The notes beneath the pieces were generated by a model. The model was not told the DNA's origin. It worked only from the letters and a program-made list of their open reading frames with translations, and made no database searches. Source: Raillietiella orientalis (Eukaryota). Taken from it: a DNA stretch of 64,000 nucleotides. The stretch spans positions 1,240,001 to 1,304,000 of the forward strand of contig JAYWIR010000004.1 of NCBI GenBank assembly GCA_036172245.1, written 5' to 3'. Below, piece after piece: positions 37,330 through 50,443 of the stretch (position 1 is its first letter; each line of letters starts with the position of its first letter). The position numbers and the translations under genes are program-made.

Positions 37330-39420
37330 ACAATAAAGAAATCAAAAGTTGAATGCGTAAATTGAGCATGGGGTGACGCTAAGAGTGTGGGGGATGTGCC
37401 CGGTGCATCCCTACTTCGTTATACTTGGATCCTTGCAGCGAGCTTTCCCGTGCTACGATCCTTCAGGTGGGGCTGCAGTCAGGTGGGGGCAGGATCGCGC
37501 CATGCGAGCGAACAGTGGAATGGCCTTCCTGCTTTGTGGGCGTGCTTCTCGCTTCGGGCGCTGCAAGCGAAAGTGGCGCAGCGTTGTCGAGGGTGCAGCG
37601 GCCGTGGGGAAAACCCTAGAGCCTCATTGGGTGGAACGGGGAGGAGTGGTGTGTCGCTGTTGGGTGGAAAGGGACAGTCTCTTCCACCGAACGGTAGGAC
37701 ACCACACTTCAGTTAAAGGTGCGTGGTTGTTCCAATGCGGCTGTTGGGAAGCACCCGCACTTGCAGCTTTGCTGCAGCAGGAATTAGGGAGGAGATCCCA
37801 GCACGGAAGGAGCGTCGCCGTGAGCTGCACAGTGAGGGAAAAAGCACAGGGACGCCGCCTACGTTGCGTTTGAGGACGGCAAGTTACTCTGCAGGGATCC
37901 ACCAAAGCTCCATCCACCGCAGCATTCCGCTTGGGTCCACAGGGGTCCAGCGAAGTGCCTGGTCGTTCCCTGGTGGTTTAATCGTGCAGGAGGCCTTCCA
38001 CCCTTCCGGCTGACAACTGTGAGCCTTCCGCTCGTTGTCAGGCCTCTGGAAGGCAGCGCTTCGGCCGAGGGTCCCACCGAGCCTCTGGGAAGTGCAGGGA
38101 CACCTGAAGTTTCGATGCAAACGCGACGCGCCGACTACCCCCCTGTTGCAACCTCCAGACAGGCCCGGGAGCAAGGGAGGGGTCGAACGGGGATCTAGGT
38201 GACGGGATTTGCGTGCGAAAGGGCGCCGCAGTGGCCGAACTGCTAGAGGCTGGTACTCGGCACGCGATCGGCGTCAAACCGATTGCCCACCGCCCTTCCG
38301 AGGTGTTCAGTGTTCCGACCGGAGGGCGGATGACAGTGGCGGGAGGAGCAGCACGTTCTGAACGTTGTCATCGGAATCGACGGTGATCAGAATGTGGGAA
38401 CACTCGTCCAAGAGCACAGACTGATGCCTGGAACGAGCAGAGACTCCCTCGGTAGCGCGGAGCGGACTGGATAGGTGCCGAGCAGGGGCGAACGGTCCAG
38501 TGCGCTCGTTCAGCCAACCTGGGCCACGCTGAAACCGAGGGTTGCAGCAAAGCCGCGTAAGGAAAGGAGACCCTGGGACGGCTTGAGAAACAGGATTCGC
38601 GAGCAGACGGAAATGTTGTAGTGATCGTGGTCGACTGGAACGAAGCGTTGGGCTCCATAAACTTCTGTTGTAGTTCTGGGAGCTGAGGTGTGGGAGGTGG
38701 CGGCGGCGAGGATTCGCTTCTTGCGGCCCTGCCTTAGTTCGAACAAGGAGTTGCACCCTTGGCTGTGAGTGGAGCGCATAACGGTCTCATCAGTCAGCGT
38801 TATGAGAATTCGGGTGTCCACCGACCCCTGCCGCCATGCGTTGTACCTGGCATGACCTCCTCCCAGGAGATCCATGGTTGTTCCTCCCACGGCAAGGTAA
38901 TCCGCTCCAGGGGACATCCGAAGGTCCACGCCTGGTCTCGGTTGCTAGGCAATGGGGATTCGAGTCCCTCGCAACCAGCGAGCCTCAGGAGATGTCTCTC
39001 GCTGGAAAACGCCAATGTTACCTCCAATTTTTGGAAAAGCTGTATCTCCCTCTCTTTCAGCGATAGGATGCCGAGGGCCCACGGAGAGCAGCGAGGTCTT
39101 CGGAAGTTTCCGCATCAGACCGTCGGTTTCTCTTCGTGTGAAGGACTTGGAACAGAACGGATGGAGTGCAGGATGGGGACAGCGAGGGCATTTCAAACGG
39201 AGGCCACTCGCGACAAGCAAGAAGTGCCATCCAGGAACGGGAGAAGAAGAACCATCTCTGCCTGATGGAGGTGCCGGACCACACTTATGAAGGAGCGTCC
39301 AAGGGCACCCAGAAGTGTTTCGTGGAGCTGCCCACGGGGGCCCCCAAGCGGATCCAGTCTGGCTGTCCTGCTCACGCATCACCGGCAAGAATAACCTTCA
39401 ACTTTGTTCTGTTCACACGC
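37330..39420 (-). mobile_element. Possible decayed retroelement ORF1-like sequence
   Basis: GC-rich and unique to this unit; weak knuckle-like QFGH remnant near 38230; no firm motif. Confidence 0.25.
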
Positions 39421-42400
39421 ATGCGCACTCCCCATGGACCGCCTCGAGGAAATCCTGGACGCCGAAATACTGTTTTTTTTTTTTGGTTTTCAAATGCTGC
39501 CGAAGAACCATTCGCCTCCTTAGGGGAAATCCACGAAGCTCATTGACTCTGGCCACGCCTGCCGAGTGTGCATGCAACTCTTCAGGCTAGGAGATCACTC
39601 CGGAGAGACCACTCAATGAATGCAGGAAGGCGCCAGAGGAAGGAGTGTGTTCCTCTTACTCTTGGGGTAAACTCTGATAGGGAACCCTCACCCTGGTTTT
39701 CTCTAAAGGAAATCCTGAAGGGAACCTCTTCCTTATTCTCTCGCCTGATGGAGAACCCGCAGAGGGAGTCACTATGGGGAACGAAGTCCTTCCTCAACCA
39801 TGCAGTGGAGTGGGTTGCAGGGCTCCGAATTGTGTGGGCGCTCCTTGCCGCCATCCTGCATATCCCGACGCAGAGCCCCAAGGGCACTTCACTAGGAAAG
39901 GAGTATCGCCTGCTGCGGTGAGTTTCCAGCTTTCCGCTGCTTCCGTGACATGCTGGTGCCCTGAAGCCGTTCTGTGAAGGGGGCAGAATAAGAAGCAAGC
40001 CGCTTCGATCGTGATTTCTTCCGTGAGGGTGGCGACGGAGGTTGCCGTGCCCGACGACATACAAAGAGGAACTCGCCAGCGCCCTGGAGAGGATGAAGAG
40101 GACGCCAGGGAATCTGCTATGATTCTCCCCTTTTCCTAGTTCCCTCCTTCCCTTCCCCCTTTTAGCTCGGAAAGCAGCTATTTCATTTGGTTGTTTCCTT
40201 TCATCCTTCACACTCCTCTCACCTGTCCCTGCGAGGGAGTGTGCAGAGATCCCTCTATCGGGGACGCTGAAGGTGAGAGTCACACTCCCACTACGAATAG
40301 AAGACTTTTTCCTTTTTCTTCCCGATGGCCGTTTTTTGGTATTCCACGTTATTTCCCAATAAGGGCGCCGGCTGGGGGAGAGGAGCAAACGTAGCTGCTG
40401 CGACCATCCGGAACTTTCTAGCTAGCTGCTGCATCTACGCAGCGAGCGACTTGTGAAGGTTGCGAACGTCTCTTCCGTAAGGTGTGTTATTCAGCAGGTT
40501 TTTACAAAGGGCAGAGAAATTGGAAATAATGACAGATGATAAGTTTTGCATGCGAGATTGAACAACTGCATTCCAATTTCAAGGAGCTCAGCAGCAGCAC
40601 GAAGAAGCACACATTACTAAGCTATTTGCCGTTACCAAACTTTTGGACAGAATGAATGCGGGAAGCGTTACTCAATGTGGAACGGAATATTTTAACCTTT
40701 GCTAATCATAACGAGGCGAAGGAGAAACACGAAGTGCACACGCGGGTGCACTATGAGCGCTGCCGAGAAGGAAATCGAACCTGCAGAAATGAACGCATCT
40801 ACCCGAAATGATCCACTTTGCGCGTGCTTCTGCGTGTGAGTGATGAATCAATCTAGAGCGCACCTCAGGCAGTCGCGGACACACAGCATTTGTAGGAAAA
40901 CGAAAGGAATCCGCGAGGCAAAGATTTTGTTGCATAACTGGCATCTTAGAAAGAGGCTGGAATGCCAACTCTTGTTCGTGTGTTTGTGCGTGCTATGGCA
41001 GAACTTGGAAGTGTTTCAGCTGCCTTCCTTCTGAAGAACGGCGTGTCGCTCCGTCGGCTTTTACGCCGGGTGCCTCCCTTTCGAGTAGGCTCGGGTTTGA
41101 CGTCTTTGCCAGCTTCGTCTCCCGGTGCCACCTCCTTCCGGAACCTCAGCGCAGCACTGACATCGCAAGCGATGCAAAAAACTACATGCATGTAGAAAAA
41201 GACAGTTTGCAATCAGTTTCGCAGTCTCAGTGGACCTGCCACCGACAGACAGCGGGTCGATTTGGACCGATATGCGTATCGAAAACGGAGGAAACTCGAC
41301 TACTCCATCTCTGCTGCTGGAATGAGCAGTCGACTTTCATTGGCAGCGGGATTGGTGAAAAAGGAGTTCTGAATATTTTTCGCCACTCATCCTCCTTTCT
41401 GAAAGTGATGTGTACTCTTAACACTTGATGAGTGAAAACACATCATTCCCGATGCATTTGAGATGGATGCAAACATGAACGGAAACAACGGATGACCAAA
41501 TGCAGGACGTTTTGCAGGAATGACAGTTTCTCCCTGAAGGATGCGTTCCTTTCTATTGCCTCCATTTTGCAGGAAAGGAAGAAGCTTCCTGGCAGCATTC
41601 AATATCCTCGAATCCTACCGTGCAAGAACTGCCGAAGGAATTCGTTGTTGTGCCTTTGCTATTCAACATTCAAGATTTCCGAGTTATCTCACTTTTTCAA
41701 GCAAAGCTATTGAGTGCTCACTCACTGATTCCCAAAGCAGGGAGTCGGATCTCAAGGGAAAGCTGAAGAGAATTCCACAGCGATGGCATCGCTTCTCTTT
41801 TCAGAAGACAAAAAATCGAGTCCCAAGTGTTCCTCTTGGCGGACTGAGATCGTGGATGCACCTGCTTTCCAAAGAAAAAAAAAAAAAAATCCTGTCTCAT
41901 GTGTAAATGACCTCAAAGACAAGTTCGTGGAGATGCCAAAGAAACAGCAATAACGAAAATGCCACTTCACCCTAAAGAGCGACCATAACATTTAATTATT
42001 GTTATTACCAAGAAAGAGGTGGTTCCGGATAGAAGGGATGCGGAAACTTTGGCTCGCGCAGCTCTCAGCTGACAGTCGGCAATTTCGGCAGCTGTGCGCG
42101 TGATTTTAGCTGTGCCAAATTTTGCTCCCGAGGAGATTCTGAGCACTCCAATAACTTGGCGCCTTGGGATACGCTCGTTTCCTCACATATAAAACAAACG
42201 CAAACGTGAGAAAAGGAACGCATAATTTCCTTCCAAACACGCAGGAAGACAGGGTGACATCGACTGCACCTACCAGAAGACACCAGGAGTCAAGGAGAGC
42301 ATTTTCCAGAAATGCCCAATCCAATGATTGTGCTCTTTTTCCATCGGGTCGGTCTCTGGGAATCACCGAAAGCAACTTGGTTGAATGGAGAGGAACAAGA

Positions 42401-42589
42401 AACCGGGATGGGGGAGATGCTCCGGATGACCGGACAATACTTGCCATGGTCTTCATTCCATCCCTGTCGAAGGTGAAGGATTATAGGCCACAAGAGATGA
42501 TTCTTCTGCATACTTCGTTGCTTGCGCCTGCAGAATGCCGCTCTTTTCGTTTAAAAGATGTCTCGATTGATTTCCATCTTTCATATGGA

Positions 42590-43200
42590 GAGAAGCGTCC
42601 GCATGACCTGGGAGACGTCCGAGCACATGACTCCAGTAGATGTCTCTAGTGTGTCGGATGCAGGAGGCCATCATCAGGTGCCTCATTTTGTCCAGTATTT
42701 CCTGGGGACTCCCAACTCGCATAACACAGCACCGTTGCTAGGTTCCCATGTTCCGAGTGATCCAATGAAGAAAGCATGCACTTTGCACTGAATCCCATTT
42801 TTTGGCAGCTGACAAGTAGCATCTCGGTAATTGTTAATCCTATCTGTTCTGGGGATGCTGAACGCTTCCCCATTTTCGAATGGGAAGCACGCATCCAACA
42901 TCACCATCCTGTTGCCCTTCTACAGCACTAATCGTGCTGCAGGGTGGAATCCACCCCAGGAACCCTTTGGTTGGGAGACGCCAACTTCCCTTTTGCTATG
43001 TCCAGCGTGGCGGTTTTGATTCTTTCTAATAAAGCACCATGTCGTGCAGTGTACAGATGGCAGTGCCTCATGCAATGGTTTGCAGTGTGGGGCAAGGTCT
43101 CATCCCAGATTTCACAGCGCCCACATGTGCGATCTGCATCCCTTCTTCTAGTAACAGCGCTCTAATTGGGAGCAGATTGAGCAGAGCCGCGTGGATGTAC
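42590..43200 (-). mobile_element. 5'-truncated, decayed R2-superfamily (REL endonuclease) non-LTR retrotransposon, Utopia-like
   Basis: YIHAALLNLLP, CCHC knuckle CGRCEIWDETLPHTANHC..TARH, REL region LDACFPFENG..IGSLGTWEPSN..LGVPRKY..RDIYWSH; stops and frameshifts; abuts the U2 5' fragment. Confidence 0.85.
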
Positions 43201-43234
43201 AGACTTTGACCTTAGTCAAAGGCCGAGAAGCGAA
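43201..43234 (-). ncRNA. U2: 5' fragment (~nt 1-34) of U2 snRNA, interrupted by a retrotransposon
   Basis: Minus strand reads TTCGCTTCTCGGCCTTTGACTAAGGTCAAAGTCT, versus the conserved U2 5' end ATCGCTTCTCGGCCTT(T/A)TGGCTAAGATCAAAGTGT. The rest of U2 was not found. Confidence 0.75.
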
Positions 43235-46200
43235 ACCCGGAGACGGTTTCTTTTACACGTGGTTGGACCGATACTTCCTGCGCCATCTGATCCCAACTCT
43301 TTTCGCGTCCACGAAGCTTTTGTATATCCTAGGTCTGGAGCACGTTTGTAAGTCAGGAAAGGGAATCCTTCCTACTTGGGAGCGAGTGACGCTAAGCCTT
43401 GTCAGTTTTTTCCAAATCCTATCGCAAAACGATGTGAAATCTTCGAAGTACCGCTGAGATAAAATCAGAGGCCGCGCTAAAGATGCAAAAAAGCAGCGAA
43501 TGAGTGCATTGAGACTAAACTCGGAAGCTGAATTCACTGAATCACAGGCTGCAGATTTTCACACAGCAAAACTCGAAAGAAAAAAGATTAATGGGAAAAA
43601 AGCTCCCTGGAAAGCTTATCAAACTGCTTCTTCACCTGTTCACACGGTCATCTATTGACTCCATCACTTTGTCCTGAATTCTCACGTTCTTCATCTGAGG
43701 GCAGACACGAAAGGCCTGTTGTCATGTCTTTCCAGTCTGCATTGTTCTTCAATGGTACGATCATCACCTGGACGGTTCTCGCATCCATAAAGCTATTTTC
43801 CAAGAAATTTGGAGAACGGATCCCAACATTCTACAGTACTGAGCAGCTGGACTTGTGCCAAAGAAGGCTACTCTTTGATAAAATAATTCAAAAGTGGAAA
43901 TCAACGACAGATTCAGCTCCTGATGATTCGACTCATCTGCAGTTGCGCACCATATATGGCAACATGGAAGCCCACCGACAAGTTTTGGAAAGACGTGAAG
44001 GAGAATCTCAGGAGGAATGCTCCACAGATTTTGCCGTTTCCTTCTCGTGCTGTACATTATTTGACGAAAGAGTAAAAGGAGGGAAAGAAGGGATTCGAGG
44101 CTAGAAAGTATTTTTAAAGAAACGCTGCCCACATTAGTTTCAATTGTAGGATGCTCCACATTTTCAAAACTGTTCCACATTAGTTTCAATTGTAGGATGC
44201 AAGAAATCTCAAGATGGGAGAATACGAAGGAGGAACACAAGGGGATTGATAGTGGAAGGCAATTGGAGTTAAAACAACGCCATTTGCCATAATGGTGAGC
44301 CCCAGAATGAGCACCCCCCCCGGAAATAGGAAAGAAGGTCTGCAGAACAGCAGCAGCAGATCCTTTGAACCAAGAAAGCACCTTCTTCAGAGGAAGGGGT
44401 GATGAGCCAATCTCTCGTGGTGGGCGCTCCGAGCTCTCACAAGACAAATCCGTTTTGTAAATCTTTTCAGAACTTTTCGTAGAAGAATCCTTCTTGAATC
44501 GGCAGCATCCGTAACGGAAGCTAGCCGACGCTCTTACTCTATCTTCGCATGCTTCATCGGTGTGAGGGACTCCTTGCTTTCTGGAAAACATAGGATGAGT
44601 CGTCGTCAGCACTGTAATTACGAGAGACTCAGCGACATTCCCAAACTTCCAAGGATGTCAGCAGGGCACCATCAAAAAGGAAATAACCTTCCCCTCAGGA
44701 TTGTGTTTACTTTTTCGTCGACCGCGTACACGTTAAGAGAGTCAGCACCATCACAGAAAAGTTGAAACTTTCACCATCATCTCCGTCTGCTGTCTTCGAC
44801 TCGTCCTCACAACGAAGCTACGATTATTGACAGTGCTCTCATGATGGGCAGTGAATCCGTTGCTCCCAATATACGCCACTTGATAGTGGATGTGCCGGCA
44901 CGCAACCTTCAGAGATCTCCTTGCTTCATGGCTCATTGGATTCCAGAGATCCGATGGAGATGATTCTAACGGTCGCAGGACCTCCTTCGGAGAGGAAGCA
45001 GAGAGCCGGTCCTCGATAGTGACTCTGCCCAGTTGCGACGGTCTGAATGAGAAGGAAATGAATTCCAGTCATAGCTTCTCAATGTCAGTGTGATCGCACA
45101 ATATGCTTAATAAAAAAAAAAATGAAAACACGCACCACCACAAAATTTTCTCCTACCAAGCATCACCTGCATTGATAGAAAGTATTTGTGAACCGAAAAA
45201 TGGCGTTCCTTTAAGCATTGCTTTGGTGTTTTCTTTTCCTGGTAACAAAATTATTCATTGAAGCCATGTAAACTCTGGGAAACGCTCGACCTCCTCAAAC
45301 AAAGTTCCTGCTTCCAAGTCTTTTCAAATTACGTTAAGATGCAAAAAAAATTGGTAAAAATTGGGGTTTCTCCATCTTACCACTTGGACGCAGTCTGTCT
45401 TTAGCAGACACCTTTTGGTGTCGTATCGTAACCCATCACAAGCCCTTGTTTTAGGGTGCTGAAAGTCTTCATATGACTGGGGCATGCCCACGCCGAATTG
45501 TACAACTATGTACTGAAAATGCTCGTTTGGATATTCTTCTGAACGTTTAAATGCTGGCTCCCGACTGAATTACCGCGGCAGCCCAAGTTCATTCTTCATG
45601 CCTGCAGGCACATACTGTTCAGACAATGCAAACGTATACGGAAAACCTACAAATTCCAGCTTTCCTGATTTGTCCATATTCTGCACTTTGGATCACACTT
45701 TCCACAGGGAAGTTATCCTCCCGTCTTCGGTTACGATTGCAGTACAAGAGAAGAAACGGTTTCCTTCTGGTGCGTTACTCAGGAAAAGACTGCAGGAAGT
45801 TTTCGAGCAGTGCTATCCATCATTTCGTAACAAAAGTGACTGCAGACATTGCAGAGCCTCCGTAGCGGTTAATTGTAGTTGAAACTGATGGAAAGATGCG
45901 AATAAAATGCAAGTATCGAAATTGTGAACCGAATCCAAAAAGCCCAAGTATTCCTTTCCTAGGAAAATGGAAGGATAGGATAATTAACTAACGGCACTAT
46001 GAAAAACAAAACAAAAAAAACTACAATCCGAACGAGAACACGAGGGGAATAACCGAAGGGAGAGAACCGATATTGAAAGATAGACGAATATAAGTCACTC
46101 TGTGGGGCTCTATCAAAACGATGTCTGCTTACAAAAAAAAAAAAAAAAAAACATGTATTTCTTTTTGAAAAGGCAAAGGATCAAGGAACGTTGCACCTGT

Positions 46201-47213
46201 GATTGGTACGAACATTTTGCAGGAACACAATCCATCTATACTTATGTCGAGCAGCTCGCTGTTCTTTTGGCTGTTTTGGCAATGATTGCTGCTTTCATGC
46301 AACCTTGGGAAACATCATCCAAAACTCTACAAGGGTTAGCTGATCCAATGGACGACTGCTGATTTAAATTCAGAATTCGGAACAAATAGAGAAACACTAC
46401 AGCGTAAACGAAGGATATTTTGTGAGCAAAACCGTAAGAGTCCAGGAGTCATCAAGGAACAGTCATGAATTTTCAAGCAAAAAAAAACCACCTGCATTTA
46501 GTTGTAATTTGTGTTTCCGAACACGGTGTGTCTTATCTTTTGGAATGACCCTGAGATTCTCAACTTTCAGTTCTATTGCGATGACTTCTCCCCTTCAGGT
46601 TGCTGAGCAAGAGGGAGAAGGGAATTCAAGATCAACGTAATTCAGAACGCCATCTACTGGAAGTCTTAGTTATGAATTGGGAAGCAACATGCGGCATGCA
46701 TCGACTTCAGCTTCTTTTCCTTAACGTTAGACCAATAAGTGGAGGTAATGCCTCACGGGAACACTTTCGTACAATTGGAAACAGAAGTAAACCCCTTTGC
46801 AGTGACCAGTTGGGAATAATTGCCAACATCTATTGCAAGCAAACTATCGTCACCGTTCTTGGCGACACGAAGCAGCTCGAGGATACTCTTCGCACATCAC
46901 AGCTGAATACCGTTATCCCATACTTCCGTCCATTCGAAGTACGAATGCGTGAAGCGAGAGCACCTGAATTCTTCATACACTCGTTGAGTTCATATCACGT
47001 ACTTCCCTGAGAACAATCGCCATTATTTGATTTCATGACCGATTCATGTACGCATGTTTTCGATTCCACATGTTCTGCTTAGTTTGTCCTTTCCTTGTTT
47101 GTGCACTTTCATACAACTCTCGAATCTTTGTTGTTTTACCTATTCCGTTATTGACGGGATTCAGTATTAAGCGGTCGAGATGGCATCCAGGATTGCCTCC
47201 TGCTAGAAGATTT

Positions 47214-49211
47214 CGCAGCTGAGCAGCTCGACTGTCGATATCATGGAAGGTGAATGGAGAGCTTCCAGCTACATAATCTGCATCTAATGCATTCAGCTTG
47301 CTTAGCGCCAGTTTGGATAGACGTGGTTGAGGAACTGGTTGATTTTCACAAAGGATGGGGTTCACAGCATGCTTTCCACCACAAGGAGTCGGTAGAGAGA
47401 ACCAAACACCATGAGCACATTGAACACAGCATACTCGCTCTTGTGGCAAGCAAATACAGCTATTGATGGAAGGGAAGATGGATTTGCAGCTGACCCTGTT
47501 CCTCACATGTGATAGCCACCCATTTTAGTGTACTGTCGTCACAACGTTTGCAGAAATTCCTCTCCATGTGAGAAGTTATTTGAGAGCAAGCAACACAGCA
47601 CAAGAGAAATCTACGACACTCGCGAAAATAATGTGACTTCCTGCACCAAGAATTTTCACATTCAGTCTTAAAAGAACATTCCAAAATGCAAATCCCCTTG
47701 ACTCAACTGATTCCCAAGCATTATGCTACCTGCATTCCAAAGTCCATTGTGATGCAGCCCACAATACATGTATCTGGAGTTTCAGCTGCTCTATTCACAG
47801 CTTCGTTCAGGTTATCCAGGGTAATCCAACTTTCTTCAGCACTGCATTCTCCAATAGCAAGAGTCACACACTTTCCTTCTTCTCCCTCAGTGGAAGGGTG
47901 GATCTACAAAAATTTTTTGATACAGCACATTCCCAAATTAAAAAGTCTACATCATCCTCTACTGGCTGCTAGAATCCCCTCACGCAATGCTGATTATCTT
48001 TCAGCTATTTGGTGCTCAGCACAGAAACCTGTCCACACAATTCTTTCTGAACTTCCTCAAAAGGAGGAAACACTTTTTTCATGCCATAAGAGATTCCTAA
48101 TACTTTCAGATCAGCAGCACAAACTTCCAGATAATCTGTTCTCTTCACCAGTTCTGTCACTAGGGTACACTTAGCGCAATGCTATTCCCATCTTTAGCAT
48201 GCAATACACTATATACTGTAAAGCATTGTCATCACATTCCATTTCTCAAGAGCGTTGTTTGCCACTTGTTTCCAATTTTTGGAACTTCTCCACATGTATC
48301 AGTGCCAAGATATCATGTCTCCAAATTTTTCTGAGAAATGTTCAAATGATGGCAAAGCCATCATTCATATATTTGGAACAATGGAGATATTTTCAAAAGA
48401 ATATTTAGAAGAAAAGAATATTTAGCAGCCTTTCGTCAATGCATACCACAACATTGGAAGAAAAATGAACAGCACAAGCATCTAATGAATGCTAACGTCC
48501 ATAAGACCAGAACAGCAAAGTCATCAAGCATTCAGTACTTGAAAACAAACATATGAATGCCCTCCAAGGTGCCCACTTGATCCTCCTAACATAAAAATGA
48601 GACATTCTCACCCACTGTGGACTCCACATAAGAAAAAACTCTGAACTCCACATAAGGAAGAAAGAGCTCACATTGTGGCATCGAGAATAGGGAAAACACG
48701 AGTCATAAACAGACCAGAAATAGGCTACAACTAGCACGAAGTGCATAACCAACAGTCACATTTTATAGCATAATCATTTCTGTCACAAAGTCTTACCACT
48801 ATCCTCTCTAATAAGGGTGCTATTGTTTGGCATCAACAAGCTTGAATACTACTGACGACACACGCTCGACTAAAGTTATGATCATGCGATCCATTCTTAC
48901 TATGAGTCCTCATAACCAATCCCTCGTGAGTGGTGAAAGTATATGCTTACCAAACTTAAGGCCTTCGACGGAAGAGTCTCTGAAGTGAAGTTCAAATGGT
49001 AACATTTTCAACTTCGCACGAGCTTGTTTGTCTCGAACTTCCTTCACGACTTCCGTACATGTGTAAATGTTATGTGCAAGCTCCTACACGTGGTAAAAAA
49101 CAAGAAATTCCGTAACAAATTCAAACAACGTCACAAACCTGAAGGGGCAGAAGTTTGAGAAAACCACCGGAGTCAACTATTAGGTGCTGCACATTAGGTG
49201 TGTGTCCGCAT
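47214..49211 (-). pseudogene. NOB1: NOB1 unprocessed pseudogene, copy B
   Basis: Essentially identical to copy A at offset +22689, with the same lesions (ORF-track peptides 47033-47506 and 47460-47684 equal those of copy A). Confidence 0.9.
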
Positions 49212-50443
49212 TCTAAATTCTTCCAGAATATCAAACCGGGCACAGCTCCAAGCTTATTACCAAGAAACTGCTTTGAGCTCAATGCATTCAAAAATTCATA
49301 ACCATAGATTACGATTCGAAAAGATTACTCCAATCCCTATCCAAAACACTAATCCACAACCAAACTCTGCTTCCGAGCTGGCCACACTCACACATTTTCG
49401 AAACACATCTTGGAGGAGAATCCTTTAATGCTGCTACAACACGGAAAACATACGCGGAAGACCAGTTCAGGCTGCTGTAAAACTATATATACGAAAAACT
49501 CCATTTCTCGGATCCGCACGTGCACCATGGAAACTGCCACAGTCTGCCCCGAACGGAGTACCAGGTGCGTTTTCTTCGCGCTCCACTGCAAACGATTCAG
49601 TGACTGGGACTGCTTTGGCGAGGGTGTAGGCCTCCAGCATCCTCATCCTTTGATTCTGGTGCCAGTTTCGTTGACACGAAGGGATTTAACGTCGAATATC
49701 ACCTTCCAGCAACATGGATTTTTCTGAGTGGGAAGCAAGTCATCGAAGGCAGTACAGCACATGACATCATGCAGAAAGTCTTGCATCCCATAGCCATTTC
49801 TTCGACTTAAAGCGAAAAAAAACACAATATTTAAATGTAACATCGTTCCCTCACGAAGCATTCGCAGATGTTTTCATTTCTAGTAGGCCGCGAGTACTGT
49901 TCAAACGAACATGTTTTGAAATGGCCAATTCATTCATTTCATATGTGCATTCTTGAGCCAGAACGGTGTAACAAGAATAACGGTGAGATCAAAAAAACAA
50001 GAAGAAAACGCCGTCAGCAACTCCTCCCAACGTTTGAAGAGTTCATTCCACTATGAGTTTTCTTCATATCCATTCGACATCTCATTATTTTCCTAGAATT
50101 TTGCAAGAACACGAGATGAAGAGAACCATTTCAAGAAGTATACGTTACATCGGAGACTAACGGAACCTTGCGATCACGAAAAAGAAATTAGTACACGAAG
50201 AACTGATGTTTCGCAAAATATCCCAGTTCGAATGCAATGTCGAATTGCAAAATTCTCGTGTACCAATGTGATGATGAACCAAAAATGAAAATGATAAATG
50301 AGGAACTGGCAATACATTGCGGAACATGCGTCGAAGCAGTGTTCACTTGAGTATATTTTTTTATCAGGACGAAATTTATTTCTGATTTGCAAACTTGCAA
50401 TTTTTCAACAAAAATAAGGAGGACATCTAGAGAAATTATTCTT

